Assembly (NCBI GenBank): GCA_046563655.1
Contig: CM102283.1
Location: 5,828,001 to 5,892,000 of the forward strand
Source of the DNA: Yuukianura sp. NJ FZ-2021
Taxonomy: Eukaryota
Direction of reading: 5' to 3'
DNA: 64,000 nucleotides
A model generated the notes under the pieces. The model was not told the origin of the DNA. It made no database searches and saw only the letters and a program-made list of their open reading frames with translations. Shown here one piece after another: positions 48,215-60,997 of the stretch. Both the position numbers and the translations under genes were made by a program. The first letter of the stretch is position 1; each line of letters begins with the position of its first letter.

Positions 48215-49941
48215 TTACTTTCCTTTCTTGGCCTTGATTTTCCTAAGGTAGAACTCCAGCTCCTTCCCCTCAAGGATGTAACCGTCGGCACGGCCTACTT
48301 GACCCGGTCGGCTGGATATGCAAGCTAATTTACAAAAAAAAAAACATCTGATTAGTTACTTGCATTGGTTTTGAAAAAAAAAGTATAAGAGCTGTGGTAA
48401 TATCAGAGTAACTATGACAAATTAGCCTCATTGTACGTAATACTGGCCATAAAAAATTTCATCCTGGAAATGTTTTCCCTTTAGTTTGGTATTCCAGAAA
48501 AATTTACTTACCTAGGACACGACCAGTCTGGAACTGTTCTTCGAGGGCAGGGTCCACTTTGGCGGTTTTCTGTCGTAGCTTGAATTTTTTGTCTACTTTC
48601 TTAGATCGCTTCTTATTCAGAGCGGCTTCTTCAGCTTCCGTCTAAAGATTTGCAATGATTACTGATTATTTATTTCTTAAGTAAAATAGCTAAACCGATT
48701 AGTTGTAAATTGTTATAAATTCTCACCAGTTTGTTTCCCTTCTTTCGCCCGAGGGGAATTCCATAATGGGCTTCGTACCACTGTCTGAAAGGTGCTCCAT
48801 CGACGACAACGATGGCATTCTTGACCAATGTCTTGGTACGGACCAGCTCGTTATTTGAGGCGTTGTAAACAACATCGATTAGACGAGTCTTCCGAGCGCA
48901 ACCTGGGTTAATCAATTACAAATTCAAAGGGACTGGTATTTAGACAGCAACGACTATCATTACTTTACTACCGAGTGAACAACAAATAATCAGTACTACG
49001 CAATAAGTTGTCGTTCACAAGTTACTCTGTTGACACGCTTTTTCATCACTTATCACTGGGCATATCTTTCATTATGTATCATAAATTAATGATGAATGAA
49101 TAAGAACTACTCACACTCAGATCCCCATGAGAAGTTTCCAGTTTCTAATCGAAGGGCTCGAAATTTCTGATTTCCTCCTCGTGTTCTGACAGAGTGTACA
49201 CGGCGGGCGCCCAGCTGAAAACAAACAGATCCGGTTTAGTATCGACCACAACTCCGCTGGCTAGTCAAACTGATTATAGTAAACTTCATCAGAACGTTAG
49301 AGGTGAATCTGAATTATCTCAGCATGGATTTATGATTGAATTCATTCATCATAGGAAATAAATAAAATAACATCAAACGACATTGAAGATGCAAGCTTAA
49401 CGACTTACTTTGGTGTTTGCTGGTGGTCGTCCGAGTTCGAACTTCCTCTTCTTGCGGACAAGTGCCCGCTTTCCACCGGTTGCACGACGCTTATGATAGT
49501 GATCTCTTGAGATACCTGATCAACACAAAGAAAACATCATATCAGTAATTGGGGAAATTATAGTAAGGCAAATGTAGACTCTAAATTTAAATTGTGGAGA
49601 GTATGCTCCCCATTGTAATATCAAGCAAAGTATTGAACTTTACATGGACTTTGGGATGGGAATAAACCATTTCTCTCAACTTATTAGTTACTAATTAATA
49701 ATTATTAGTAATTACTTGTGAAATAACAATACACTAACTACATTAACCAGTGTACCGGTAATGACATTATAACAGGAAAGGGGGAAGTCAATGTTGCATT
49801 GTAGAAGTACATTTGTTACATTGCACGGAAAACCTCGTGTCTACAACAATGACGACATAACTCTGCACACGACATACTATGACCATTGACCTTAAATTGT
49901 TGTAATTATCCAAGATTTAATTGTTAAATTAACTTACCCAT
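48215..49941 (-). CDS. RpS8: 40S ribosomal protein S8 (eS8), 6 coding exons
   Basis: [37 protein letters not shown] ... [22 protein letters not shown] ... [36 protein letters not shown]. Confidence 0.97.
48399..48470 (-). ncRNA. Box C/D snoRNA, U46/SNORD46/snR63-equivalent, in the last RpS8 intron
   Basis: Box C variant AGGATGA and box D CTGA preceded by GTCATAGTTACT, which is complementary to the conserved 28S sequence AGUAACUAUGAC. Confidence 0.85.
48986..49053 (-). ncRNA. Box C/D snoRNA, SNORD10/mgU6-77-like, in RpS8 intron 3
   Basis: ATAA-GTGATGA ... CTGA-TTAT (perfect C and D boxes with a 4-bp terminal stem). D' box CAGA is preceded by GCGTGTCAA. Confidence 0.8.
49284..49357 (-). ncRNA. 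Box C/D snoRNA with an 18S rRNA guide, in RpS8 intron 2
   Basis: ATGATGA ... CTGA (D') ... CTGA (D). The D guide TTCACCTCTAACGT is complementary to ACGUUAGAGGUGAA of 18S rRNA as recalled. Confidence 0.85.
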
Positions 49942-50008
49942 GTTGAAGAATTGACGGCGTGGCGTTCACCCTATGGATGGAGGTCTATGCAAGTACTTCC
50001 ATTGACTT

Positions 50009-50020
50009 GGTAAAGACAAA
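50009..50020 (-). promoter_or_regulatory. Candidate TCT/5'TOP start of RpS8
   Basis: TTTGTCTTTACC about 70 nt upstream of the RpS8 ATG. The transcription start is not demonstrable from sequence. Confidence 0.35.
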
Positions 50021-52131
50021 ATGAGTCCTTCTCCTCCTTACCGCATGGCACCGCTTCTGCTGCTACTTTCCCATTAATGCCGTTTGTGGGTGCGCCAACC
50101 TTTTAAATTTCAGTGCAGTAGGGCAGAATTATACATTTTGTAATACCTAGAATACCTAGAATACCTAGAAGTACCTAGAATAATGCACTGCCATTTTTGT
50201 TATCGCATCTTGCTAAAATGAACTGGTTAAAACTAACCTAACCTCAGTTATACATAGACATAATTTAAGCCGTTAGTGTAGCCAGTGGGTATTTTAAGTT
50301 TGAGATATGGCGACAGTGTCCACACTATGTGTTTACAACAGTGATGGCTATGTTTTAATCCAACCCAAATTCCATAGAGCGGTGGTGCGGCATTAAATTA
50401 TGAAAAACCGCTTTATAGTTAATTAGGTAAACACTTATTAATTTGTGCAATTAAACACCAGCCATTTGCTAGGCATAATGCTAATATACAATTAACAAAA
50501 GAGGATATTTGATCCGGTCTTTTGTTTGCATCTTCCATGACCTCTGACCCTTCCTTTTAGTGCAGGCGATTTGTTTGTTGTTTCTAGCAGAGGCATTAGC
50601 ACGCTTTGAGAGTAAGGCTAAGGTGTTGCTTTGTACTCCATATATGCTCGAAGTACTTTAAGTAGTAGTACGTAGTGTTTAGTTTTGTCTGTAGTAACAA
50701 AACTCAGATGCATATGCAACGCTATCATTACCACATAAACTTCTGCAATCGTTTGTCTTCGTGTGTGGCGTGGAATTTAATTCTTAATTACTAATTACGT
50801 TAATGGTAAAAGGCATTGTAGTTTTAGCATGGACCTTATTCGGTAATCTTGAAAGAGTACAAACTTAGCATTAGCGGCAACCTTAACGTCAACCGGAAAC
50901 AGAAGCCCTTTCAATTTCATTTTTACTAACTTCTTTTTCTTTTATACACACACAACAGCGAAGAAGAAATTTTTGTGATTCACTCGTCTGCTCAAACTCA
51001 ATCTAAACAAAAGGCAGGAAGTGGGGAAACATTTACTGTTTTTTGTTTAGTGAATTTCAATTTCGGCCGAGTCAAAGTCAAGAAAGAAGATTGAGAGGTC
51101 TTAAAGACTTGTCAAGGCTTTACTAATGTGCCGAATGCTGCCAAACAACCAGTTAAGTCCATTTTGACCCATCAAAACGAGGTAATGAAAATCAACTCGT
51201 CAGGAATTTAACTTTACTTGCAGTAAGTTTCTCTTTCTCAGTTGTAGTTTAGTTTTACGTTAACGACAGGAAGGGTTTAATAACAGTTAACTTTGATAGG
51301 CGAAATTAGATTTTTTTTACTAAATAAATTTTGTTTACGTTACATCCGGTTTAATCGATATCCGGTGTTGTTGTGTGCTAACCATTAATTTTCTTGCTTA
51401 AAGTTTTAGGTAAACATCCACTGACGCTCGTCTCGCCTGCATCTTGTCTTGGTTTTGCTATTTTGCTTCAAAATAGGTTAGTGTTGACTTTATTGCCTTT
51501 TCCCCTTAAAAAACAGAAGCAGGGTCTGAGTTTGTCAGAACAGCTTCCTGGATTTAAGTGATTGATAAATGATAAGTCGGTCTTTCTTTCTTTACACAGC
51601 TTCTGACAAGTCGGGCCGGTATCATCAGTTGAAAGAGTGACGGCTGATGAGTGGCAGCGACTTCCAGGATTTTGCGTTTCTTTCTAAATTCGAGCGACCT
51701 CGGGCCAGATTTCTCTGCAGAGAGCTTTTTATGTCACTAAATTTTATGTCGGCAGCTTTGGAGGTTTGATTTGACGAAGGCAAAGTCCATGTAAAGAGCT
51801 CACTACACATTTATATGGTAAGAAGTTCCATGGTTTTGTTCATTAACTTTTGTTCGTTTCTTGATTTTAATTGATATCTACCTCTCAGAGAAAGTCCATT
51901 TAACATTGACATTTCCTTCAATCATGGATTTCAGAAGCTGACTTTCTGAGTACGTCCTGTAAGATCGAAACCGGAGGCAATGATAGCTTCAACATCACAA
52001 ACGTTACATAAAATGCACCCGAATCACAACTTGTCAACCACTACATCTTGTTCCATTGTAAAAATCACTCGCTTCCAGTGACCTCCGAGGACTTTTCTTG
52101 ACTAAGCATTCCAAACATCACAGCACCAATC

Positions 52132-54705
52132 ATGTCCGCCTACGGATTCCATAAGCGAATGCCAATTTTGTTGCTAGTCGTTCTGCTGAGTCTGTGCCAT
52201 ACAAACGCCCGTTCGCCAGTTGATCGAGAATGTAATCAGATTGGGATTCTTCTGCGAAACAAGACGTTCACATATCCATGGTGGGATTATTCACTTGCAT
52301 TGGCATCTCCTTCAACTTCCGGTTGCCCTGTCAGGGGTAAGGCAGTGAAATGCTGCGCTTCGACTTTTGACACTCCAGTTCATCGACGTGAAATCAACAA
52401 TGCAGTGACCCACAAGTGGCTAGGGAGTAAGCTAACAGCAGCAAAGGAGGTTTTCAGTGAGCGAAAAAAGAAGTTTGACCTGACCTTCAAAGCATTATTA
52501 CTGAGAGCTCATACATCATTCCACGCCATGTTTGAGAGAACGTACGTACTACTTTTCAAAGGCATTGCATGGGTTTGTCAATTTACTAATTGAAGTTTTG
52601 TTGTTTAGATATGGGATGTTGTATATCCAACATGCGGATGTGTTCCACGCCCTCTTCAAGACCCTTGAAAAATACTACGAGGATGGAAGAGATCATTTGG
52701 AATCGAAGTTGAATGAGTTCTTTGCAATTTTAACTCGAAAGATGTTTGAAGTTCTAAATGCGCAGTACGACTTCACCGAGGCATACCTCTCTTGTGCCAC
52801 AATTGTCATAAGCGAAAAGCAAGGAAATGACCTTCATCGGCAAATCGTGTCCAGCCTTCGGAGATCATTTGTCGCTACAAGAGCCTTTGCCCAAGGCCTT
52901 ATTGAAGCTGAGCGAGTAATTTCTAATGTCAACAAGGTATTGAGTCACACTTCTATTTAGTGCAAGTCAATGTACTATTTATTTAGTATAACGGAATTTT
53001 TTATTTCCAAATTGTAAACACTTTATGGTATTTTGCAGATTCAGCTGAACACGTCAGACTGTTTGATTCCTATGGCACAGATGCTTACATGCCCAATTTG
53101 CGTAGAAAGTCGAGCTTACAAGCCGTGTTTGCCTTTATGCACTGCCATTACTGTGAAGTGTCTCAGCCCGACGTTTCATCTGACAAAACCTTGGAATGAA
53201 TTCGCAAAAGCCTTAGAAGACTTAACCGATCGCTTAATGGGTCCCTACAATGTCGAAGCCGTGGTGGAGCCTATTCATATTAAAATCTCCGAAGCCATTA
53301 TGAACTTCCAAGAAAGTGGAGCCGATTTGAGCCAAGCCGTATTTTCGAAGTGTGGCAAACCAACGTTGAAGAACCGAAAGTAAGACTTGGTATCTGATTA
53401 ATCCATTTCAACATTTGTTCTATTTAAATCCAAGCACAAATCTACAAACGGTGCAGAAGTGTTTCTCAATAAGTACGTGTGTATACTTTCAGTGTCAACA
53501 AACGGGAAGCATTACCAGAACCCTTGGCTCAGGCTTCGTCATCGTCTCGCAGAGCGCAAGAAAAAGATGATTCACAACCTAACAAATCCTTGGAAAAGCT
53601 TCTGAAGGATACCAAGGGCAAAGTGAAAAAGTCCAAAGATCTTTGGAACGTGCTGCCAAAGCAAGTTTGTAATGCAATCTCAAAAGACTACTCATCACAA
53701 CAATGCTGGAATGGTACATTTCTTGTAAAACTTGACAAGCGAGGAAGCAATTCCAAGGATACTGATGGGAACGATGATGGTACTTCGCTCGTATTGGACA
53801 CGCAGCCACAAGGAAGGCCAATTTCATTGATAACTGAACAAATTATGATTCTCCAACTCATCACAGATAAATTGAAAACTGCATTTAATGGTGGCGATAT
53901 TCAGTGGATCCAGGAAATTGGTAATCAGAAACATATTACCCACAATTTTCACACCAACAAAAACCATTCTAACGCTAGTTCTTCCCGCAAACTGAAGTTG
54001 TGTTATAATGATTTTTTAACACTTTTAGATTCTGATGATGAGTTTGGGAGTGGCATGGGCATGGGATCTGGGTCGGGTGAAATCCCAACTGACTTGGAAG
54101 ATACTGACGACGATGACCCTGGAGGAGAAGTTCACAAAGGAATTCCTCCTCTTTCCACGGATCTCAATTTGGGCACACGAAAAGTAGTTACGACTCCAGA
54201 GAAACCATTCAATCCGTTTCCAAGTTTCGAGGAGCCTACACGGTTACCATCTCCACCGCATTTCAATAGGCCGATAGTTCCGAGTAGTACTGACGACGAG
54301 GAGGAGGAGGAGGACGAAGACGACGACACGTCCAACCTCAATTTGAATTCATACAGCAATAAAAATCGACATGGCAGCACTAATAGTGGAGGTACTAATG
54401 ACTTTGGAGTCGACTTTCCTCCGATTTCTAACACTCCGCCGCGATTTCCAATCCCAACAGTTTCACCACCAGTACAGTTACCAACTACAACCACGGTAGC
54501 ACCCACTACTACCCGAAGTACAACAACAACGAGGAAACCAATTACTATCGTAACATTGAAACCACGGAAGGATCCACCTCCTGTCGTCACTACTGCGCCT
54601 GTTCCTCCGAAACAGGAAATCCCCGGTGCCAAGACGGTAGCCGTTGTTAACGTTTTTACTCCAGTCATAATGTCCATGTTCAAGAAACTGTTCAACATTG
54701 GCTGA
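52132..54705 (+). CDS. Glypican (dally-like / GPC1-2-4-6 type heparan sulfate proteoglycan)
   Basis: Signal peptide, conserved Cys pattern (C..C..CC, CPIC..KPCLPLC..C, CGKP, CWNG), RSFVATRAFAQGL, GPYNVEAVVEPIHIKISEAIMNFQE, acidic-flanked GSG glycosaminoglycan sites and a hydrophobic C-terminus. Confidence 0.92.
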
Positions 54706-55792
54706 GAGAGTCATCTGAGAGCTCGAACTGGTAAGGTACTTGAAGGACTATGATTTGATTTAGTCTTATTCTTTGACGAACAAATTACAAAGTTAGTAAG
54801 ATTGACGTTAATTTAAGGACAATCTAATTTGTTAATTGTGCCATAGCGCTCTCTAAATCCAGTGTCCAACTTATAGTAAGCTGGACACGGTTTCTTACTC
54901 AGGTATAACTGTACATCCATTGACAAGGGTACTTAACTACTTAATTTAGCTAATGATTAGTCTATTAGTAAGTGCTATCAACTTAGTCGTTGAATGTCAT
55001 TCAAACGTCAAAATCAAAACCAGAATCACTTTGGTTGCCATCTTTTTTGTTACTACTTAACTTATACCATGTTCAACATGGTAGTTAACCTAATATGAGA
55101 ACTGACTTGTTGTAAAGCTTTTAGTGCAGCTAGTGCTGCTTTAACTACTAGAAAGTCTGACCTAACGATGACTGAAGCAGCAATTTTGTATTTAAAAGCA
55201 TTTCAGACAATTTAGAAGCAAGTGAAAATTTAGTTTCTAGTTTGCCATTCTCAAAGTGTTCGCATCTCATACTCAAATTAACATAAATTTTGTCTCCTGT
55301 GAAAACTTTATGCAGCTTTGTCGATCTTGTGTAACTTGTGGCAGCTATTTATTAGACGTTTAGGAGTTATTACTAATATGTAGAGCCAAAACGGATGTTG
55401 TTGGTGAATAAACTTGAGTTAATCATTTTTTTAATTCTTTTTTAATTCATAAGATTCGATTTCGCTGACCATTTTGTCAAAAATTTTATTTGGAATTCGC
55501 ATCATGCGATTCGTACGTTGCGAAGCCCGGCAAAGTCGCTTTAACATTTCAACAAAAAATCTTGTCTCCATCCCCCAGCCAGTTCCTCGCTCCGCCGACA
55601 ACTCGTGTTTTGTGCACTGAAAAGAAAATAACATTATATGCTTACACTACTGCTGCTCATCGTTTTTGAGGTAACATTAGTAATTTGTGAATTATTTTTC
55701 GTCCATTTACGTTTTTTTAGTGTTACTGAAAAACTGAAATATCAATTTTATGAATCTTAGGCAGCAGGTTGAGCTTGGACTGACGCTAAAGT

Positions 55793-56866
55793 ATGGGCGA
55801 CATCGGGGATAACGATATTGCGGGAGAAAATTTTTCTGATTGGTTAGGAGATCGGTTGAAGGAATTGAAGATAGACGAAACGGTATTTTCTCCTTACATC
55901 ACAAGCATCCTTGAAGGGGACGAAGACCAAGAAGAAATAGTGGAGTCACTGGATGGAATTCTTGGTGAACTCGGGGTAAGTAATAATGTTAAGCAATAAA
56001 AATTATTGGCTAGGATGGCTATTTCTATCGTTCCCTGTCGTCTGCTTATCTTTCAGTTTTGGTACCGAAAACGAGTGATTTATAGCAGCGAGAGTGCTGA
56101 ATTTTTGGTCTAACATTCTAATATTAGGTCATGACAGGAAGAGAATTTAATTTGCAATGCCAGAAGCTGAAGAAGTATGGATTTTTAGAATGGGATCGTA
56201 GCCGAGTCACTTCGTGATGAAATCTTATCAAAATGGAACCAATTCCTTGCCATATCAAAAAAGATCTCGACTTCAACAGAAGGCAGAGGTGACCAACTCA
56301 ACGAAATCCTACGAAAGGCTACTGAATCTGCTGAATCCGGAGCTTCCAAAAACAAAACCGAACCCGATCCGAAGTTAAGAGCAGCTATTTTATCCGCCGT
56401 TGCTCAAGCGAATGTAAAGCCATAACCACATATAATACACTTCATTTCTTGCCATCATAGTAGTCTAACTTGAATCTTCTTTTGATCAGTCTAGTGAATC
56501 TGAAGATGAGCAGACCGGCCCATCCTCGTCCAACGTTCGCAAAAAGAAAACTGGAGATTCCGACCATTTAGCCGAGTTTGGCCGAAATACAAACGTAGAG
56601 AAGGTTTTAGCTGAACAACGGGAACAAAAAGACAAAGCACGAGCTGAAAGCGCTAAAAAGAAAGAACGTGACAAGGAAGACAGGTAAAACAGGACAAGTT
56701 TCTTGACATTTGAAGACACTTTTTACTAGAAGTTTACTTTTTACTTTGCTTCAGTTCTGACTTATCGATTCGTTTTATTGGTTTTAGGGCCAAACAGAAA
56801 GCAGCAGCGGAGGAACGTAAAGACAAAGCCAAGAAGAAAGCCACCAAGGTTGAACGGAAGAGATGA
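55793..56866 (+). CDS. CCDC43: Coiled-coil domain-containing protein 43 (4 exons)
   Basis: FSDWLGDRLKELKIDETVFSPYITSILE (PWI-like N-terminus), RNTNVEKV and a K/E/R-rich C-terminus ending KATKVERKR*. Confidence 0.85.
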
Positions 56867-57078
56867 TTTTTATTGTGGCTGAATAAGAAGCGTTATAATT
56901 GCACTCATACACTCGGAATAATTAAGTCTACACACCTCAAGATAACCATGGAAAGATACACTTTGAAAACACTGAAACATTTGGAGTAAAGTAAGATGTC
57001 ATTTCTACTAATTCGTCAATGACTTCCTCTTGAGTTACTGGTCAATATTGACCATTGACCAATTTTGATATCTTAACC

Positions 57079-58068
57079 TTACGGATACTCTTCTGCCACT
57101 GTTCGATAGATAAAGGAAACTGCTTTCTGTGGATATGGAAATGTCGTTTTCGGACCGGGCTTCGGTTTCCCGCTTTTCTTCAACCCCAAATAGTATCCAT
57201 GGTGGGCATAATCCAGACTCAGGAGGCTGAGATACGCCTGCCCAGAGCCCAGTTTCGTTTCGACCCATATTGTACCTCGGTTTTGTGCCAATGGCTGTCC
57301 ATGAACTCGTCCTATGTTAACGATGTGAAACTATGACGTCCAACGTTTCACGGATAACTTTAAAACTCCTACCTTTAGGTGTCATGGTCACGTAGAATCC
57401 AGTGTGCGTACCTACATAATTTTCCAAGAATTAAGTTCAAATCCTCCCATTTCGAAATCAAGGTCAAAGGACAGGATTTAAACGAAATGGCTAATGTCAA
57501 GTCAATAATGAATGCACGCTACCCCGAATTCTCATCTGTCCATCCAGTCCTGCCGCTTCGAACTCCAATAACCCTGAAATGACAAAAGCGTTCTTCCGGT
57601 ATTAACTAATCAAGTAATTAATTACATACTTTTCCTGCTTCGGAATACTGAATCACTTACCGTATTTATTTTTTGGAGATTTAGTTCCGCGGACTACTCC
57701 ATTTGGGAATACCTGCAAGTCATTCCAAATACTGGAAAGTACACGCCTCAAATACTTTTAACTTCAATTTTAATTTTAGCAGCTCTAACAAAAACGCTTA
57801 CTGCCAAATCGTATCCCGTGGCACACCAAAGTCGTCGAATGCGCTTGCGCCGCCCTGGTTCAGTCGGATTCACTTGATTGGTCGGTTTTCCTTCTGAAGC
57901 ACTTCCATTATTCGGCCTATCTCGTTCTTCCCTACTGTGTCCACTTCCACCTCCAGGTTTCGGCTGGTCACTCGGTTCCTGTTCCATTTCCTCTTCAGTG
58001 GGTTTCGGTGCTGGAGGGGCATATTTGTCATCCATTGGTCCACAGTCACAACAGTCACCACAACACAT
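57079..58068 (-). CDS. Fibroblast growth factor, FGF1/2-like, no signal peptide (exons 58068-57802, 57712-57661, 57573-57523, 57411-57373, 57311-57079; 213 aa)
   Basis: All splice phases are compatible. The spliced core reads RRLWCATGYDLAVFPNGVVRGTKSPKNKYGLLEFEAAGLDGQMRIRGTHTGFYVTMTPKGRVHG...YAHHGYYLGLKKSGKPKPGPKTTFPYPQKAVSF, matching the FGF beta-trefoil pattern including the basic heparin-binding loop. Confidence 0.9.
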
Positions 58069-58657
58069 CCTTCCACAACAGACGCACCCAACTACAAATA
58101 GAAGCCACCCAGTACAAGTCAACCTGTCGCCACAATCTGGGGACAGCCACAACCAAACACCAGTTGGAAAATATCAGGACATCTAACTACCGCGGTGCAC
58201 CGCTGTTCCTTTTCCGGAAGCCCCACGACTACTACTGAACTCCAAGTCCAAATCCCAGCAGGCGACTGACTCAAAATGTCAAAGTCTGCGCAGCGGGTGT
58301 CGTCGTTTTGCAGGGGGAGGAGAGGCGTCGTTGCGTTTTTACGAGGAACAGAAATGATTATTTGCGATGATAAGGAAATGATGTCTATGTTGGAAATATT
58401 GGGCAGCATATTCGCACTCTTCATCCTTCATCTGAGCTTGTTTTGACTATTTTGGACTCCTGGCTAAAATTAGAAGACAAGTCGACTTCATTTCAAACGA
58501 GGAGTAGTCGAGGTGTTCGGAGCAGCCAAAGATCACGGTGTCAGGAAGATCATTCAAGACAGAAGCGGAACTCAATTCAACGGAAGAACAAGTAGAGCCA
58601 CACGAGTAGTCGAGAGACTCAATAAACAAAAATAGTAACTGCTACTCACTCCCCCTC

Positions 58658-58778
58658 TTTTCTAAACACCAACTCCCCTTTAGATTCTAAACGGGAGTTG
58701 GTGTTTAGAACAAGGTTTTTCTAAATTCTAAACTTTAGGATTTAGAAAAACCTTGTTCTAAACACTGGGTTTAGAAAA
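58658..58778. repeat. Overlapping perfect inverted repeats
   Basis: 58660-58677 pairs with 58693-58710 (18 bp) and 58701-58725 pairs with 58741-58765 (25 bp). Built from TTCTAAA/TTTAGAA units. Confidence 0.85.
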
Positions 58779-59008
58779 TGATGAAGATCCCTCGCCATTG
58801 ACTCTTCTACTAGCAAGTGTCTGAACTGAAAGGCAAGTAACCAAGTTGACATTGCCAAGGAAGTCCAAAAGCAGGAAGTTTAGTAGCACACACGAGCCCT
58901 GTTTATTTCAAAAAGGAAAATAACCTGTGACCTCCAAACAAATCATTTTTTTATATTTATTAATTTTTATAGAAACTGATTCAAAGGATTAGCCCGGTGT
59001 CTCCACTT

Positions 59009-60890
<1,882 letters not shown>

Positions 60891-60937
60891 CTAATTAATT
60901 AATTAAAAAAACCGTGACAGATGAAGAGATGACTTAC

Positions 60938-60997
60938 CTCGAGAAGAGTGGAGCTCCAAAAGAGACGAGATGGCAGAGAACAGGGCGAATGAAAGAG
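60938..60997 (-). promoter_or_regulatory. Non-coding first exon of EF-1alpha starting with a TCT/5'TOP motif
   Basis: CTCTTTC followed by a pyrimidine-rich tract, then donor GAG|GTAAGT at about 60937 and acceptor TTTTAAG at about 60811. Confidence 0.6.

Noticed and set aside
49518-49937. Hairpins and ACA triplets in RpS8 intron 1 as possible H/ACA snoRNAs
   Set aside because: I could not place a convincing H box and two-hairpin layout or a target. Needs snoGPS or cmscan.
50142-50181. AATACCTAG x4 repeat
   Set aside because: A simple slippage microrepeat with no spacers and no sign of function.
58069-58182. In-frame upstream extension of FGF (ATG-TCC-TGA then a Trp/Cys-rich frame with TTG/CTG codons), suggesting read-through, selenocysteine or CUG initiation
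   Set aside because: A plausible 5'UTR intron (donor about 58190, acceptor TTTGTAG about 58092) would remove most of it, and I see no SECIS-like element.
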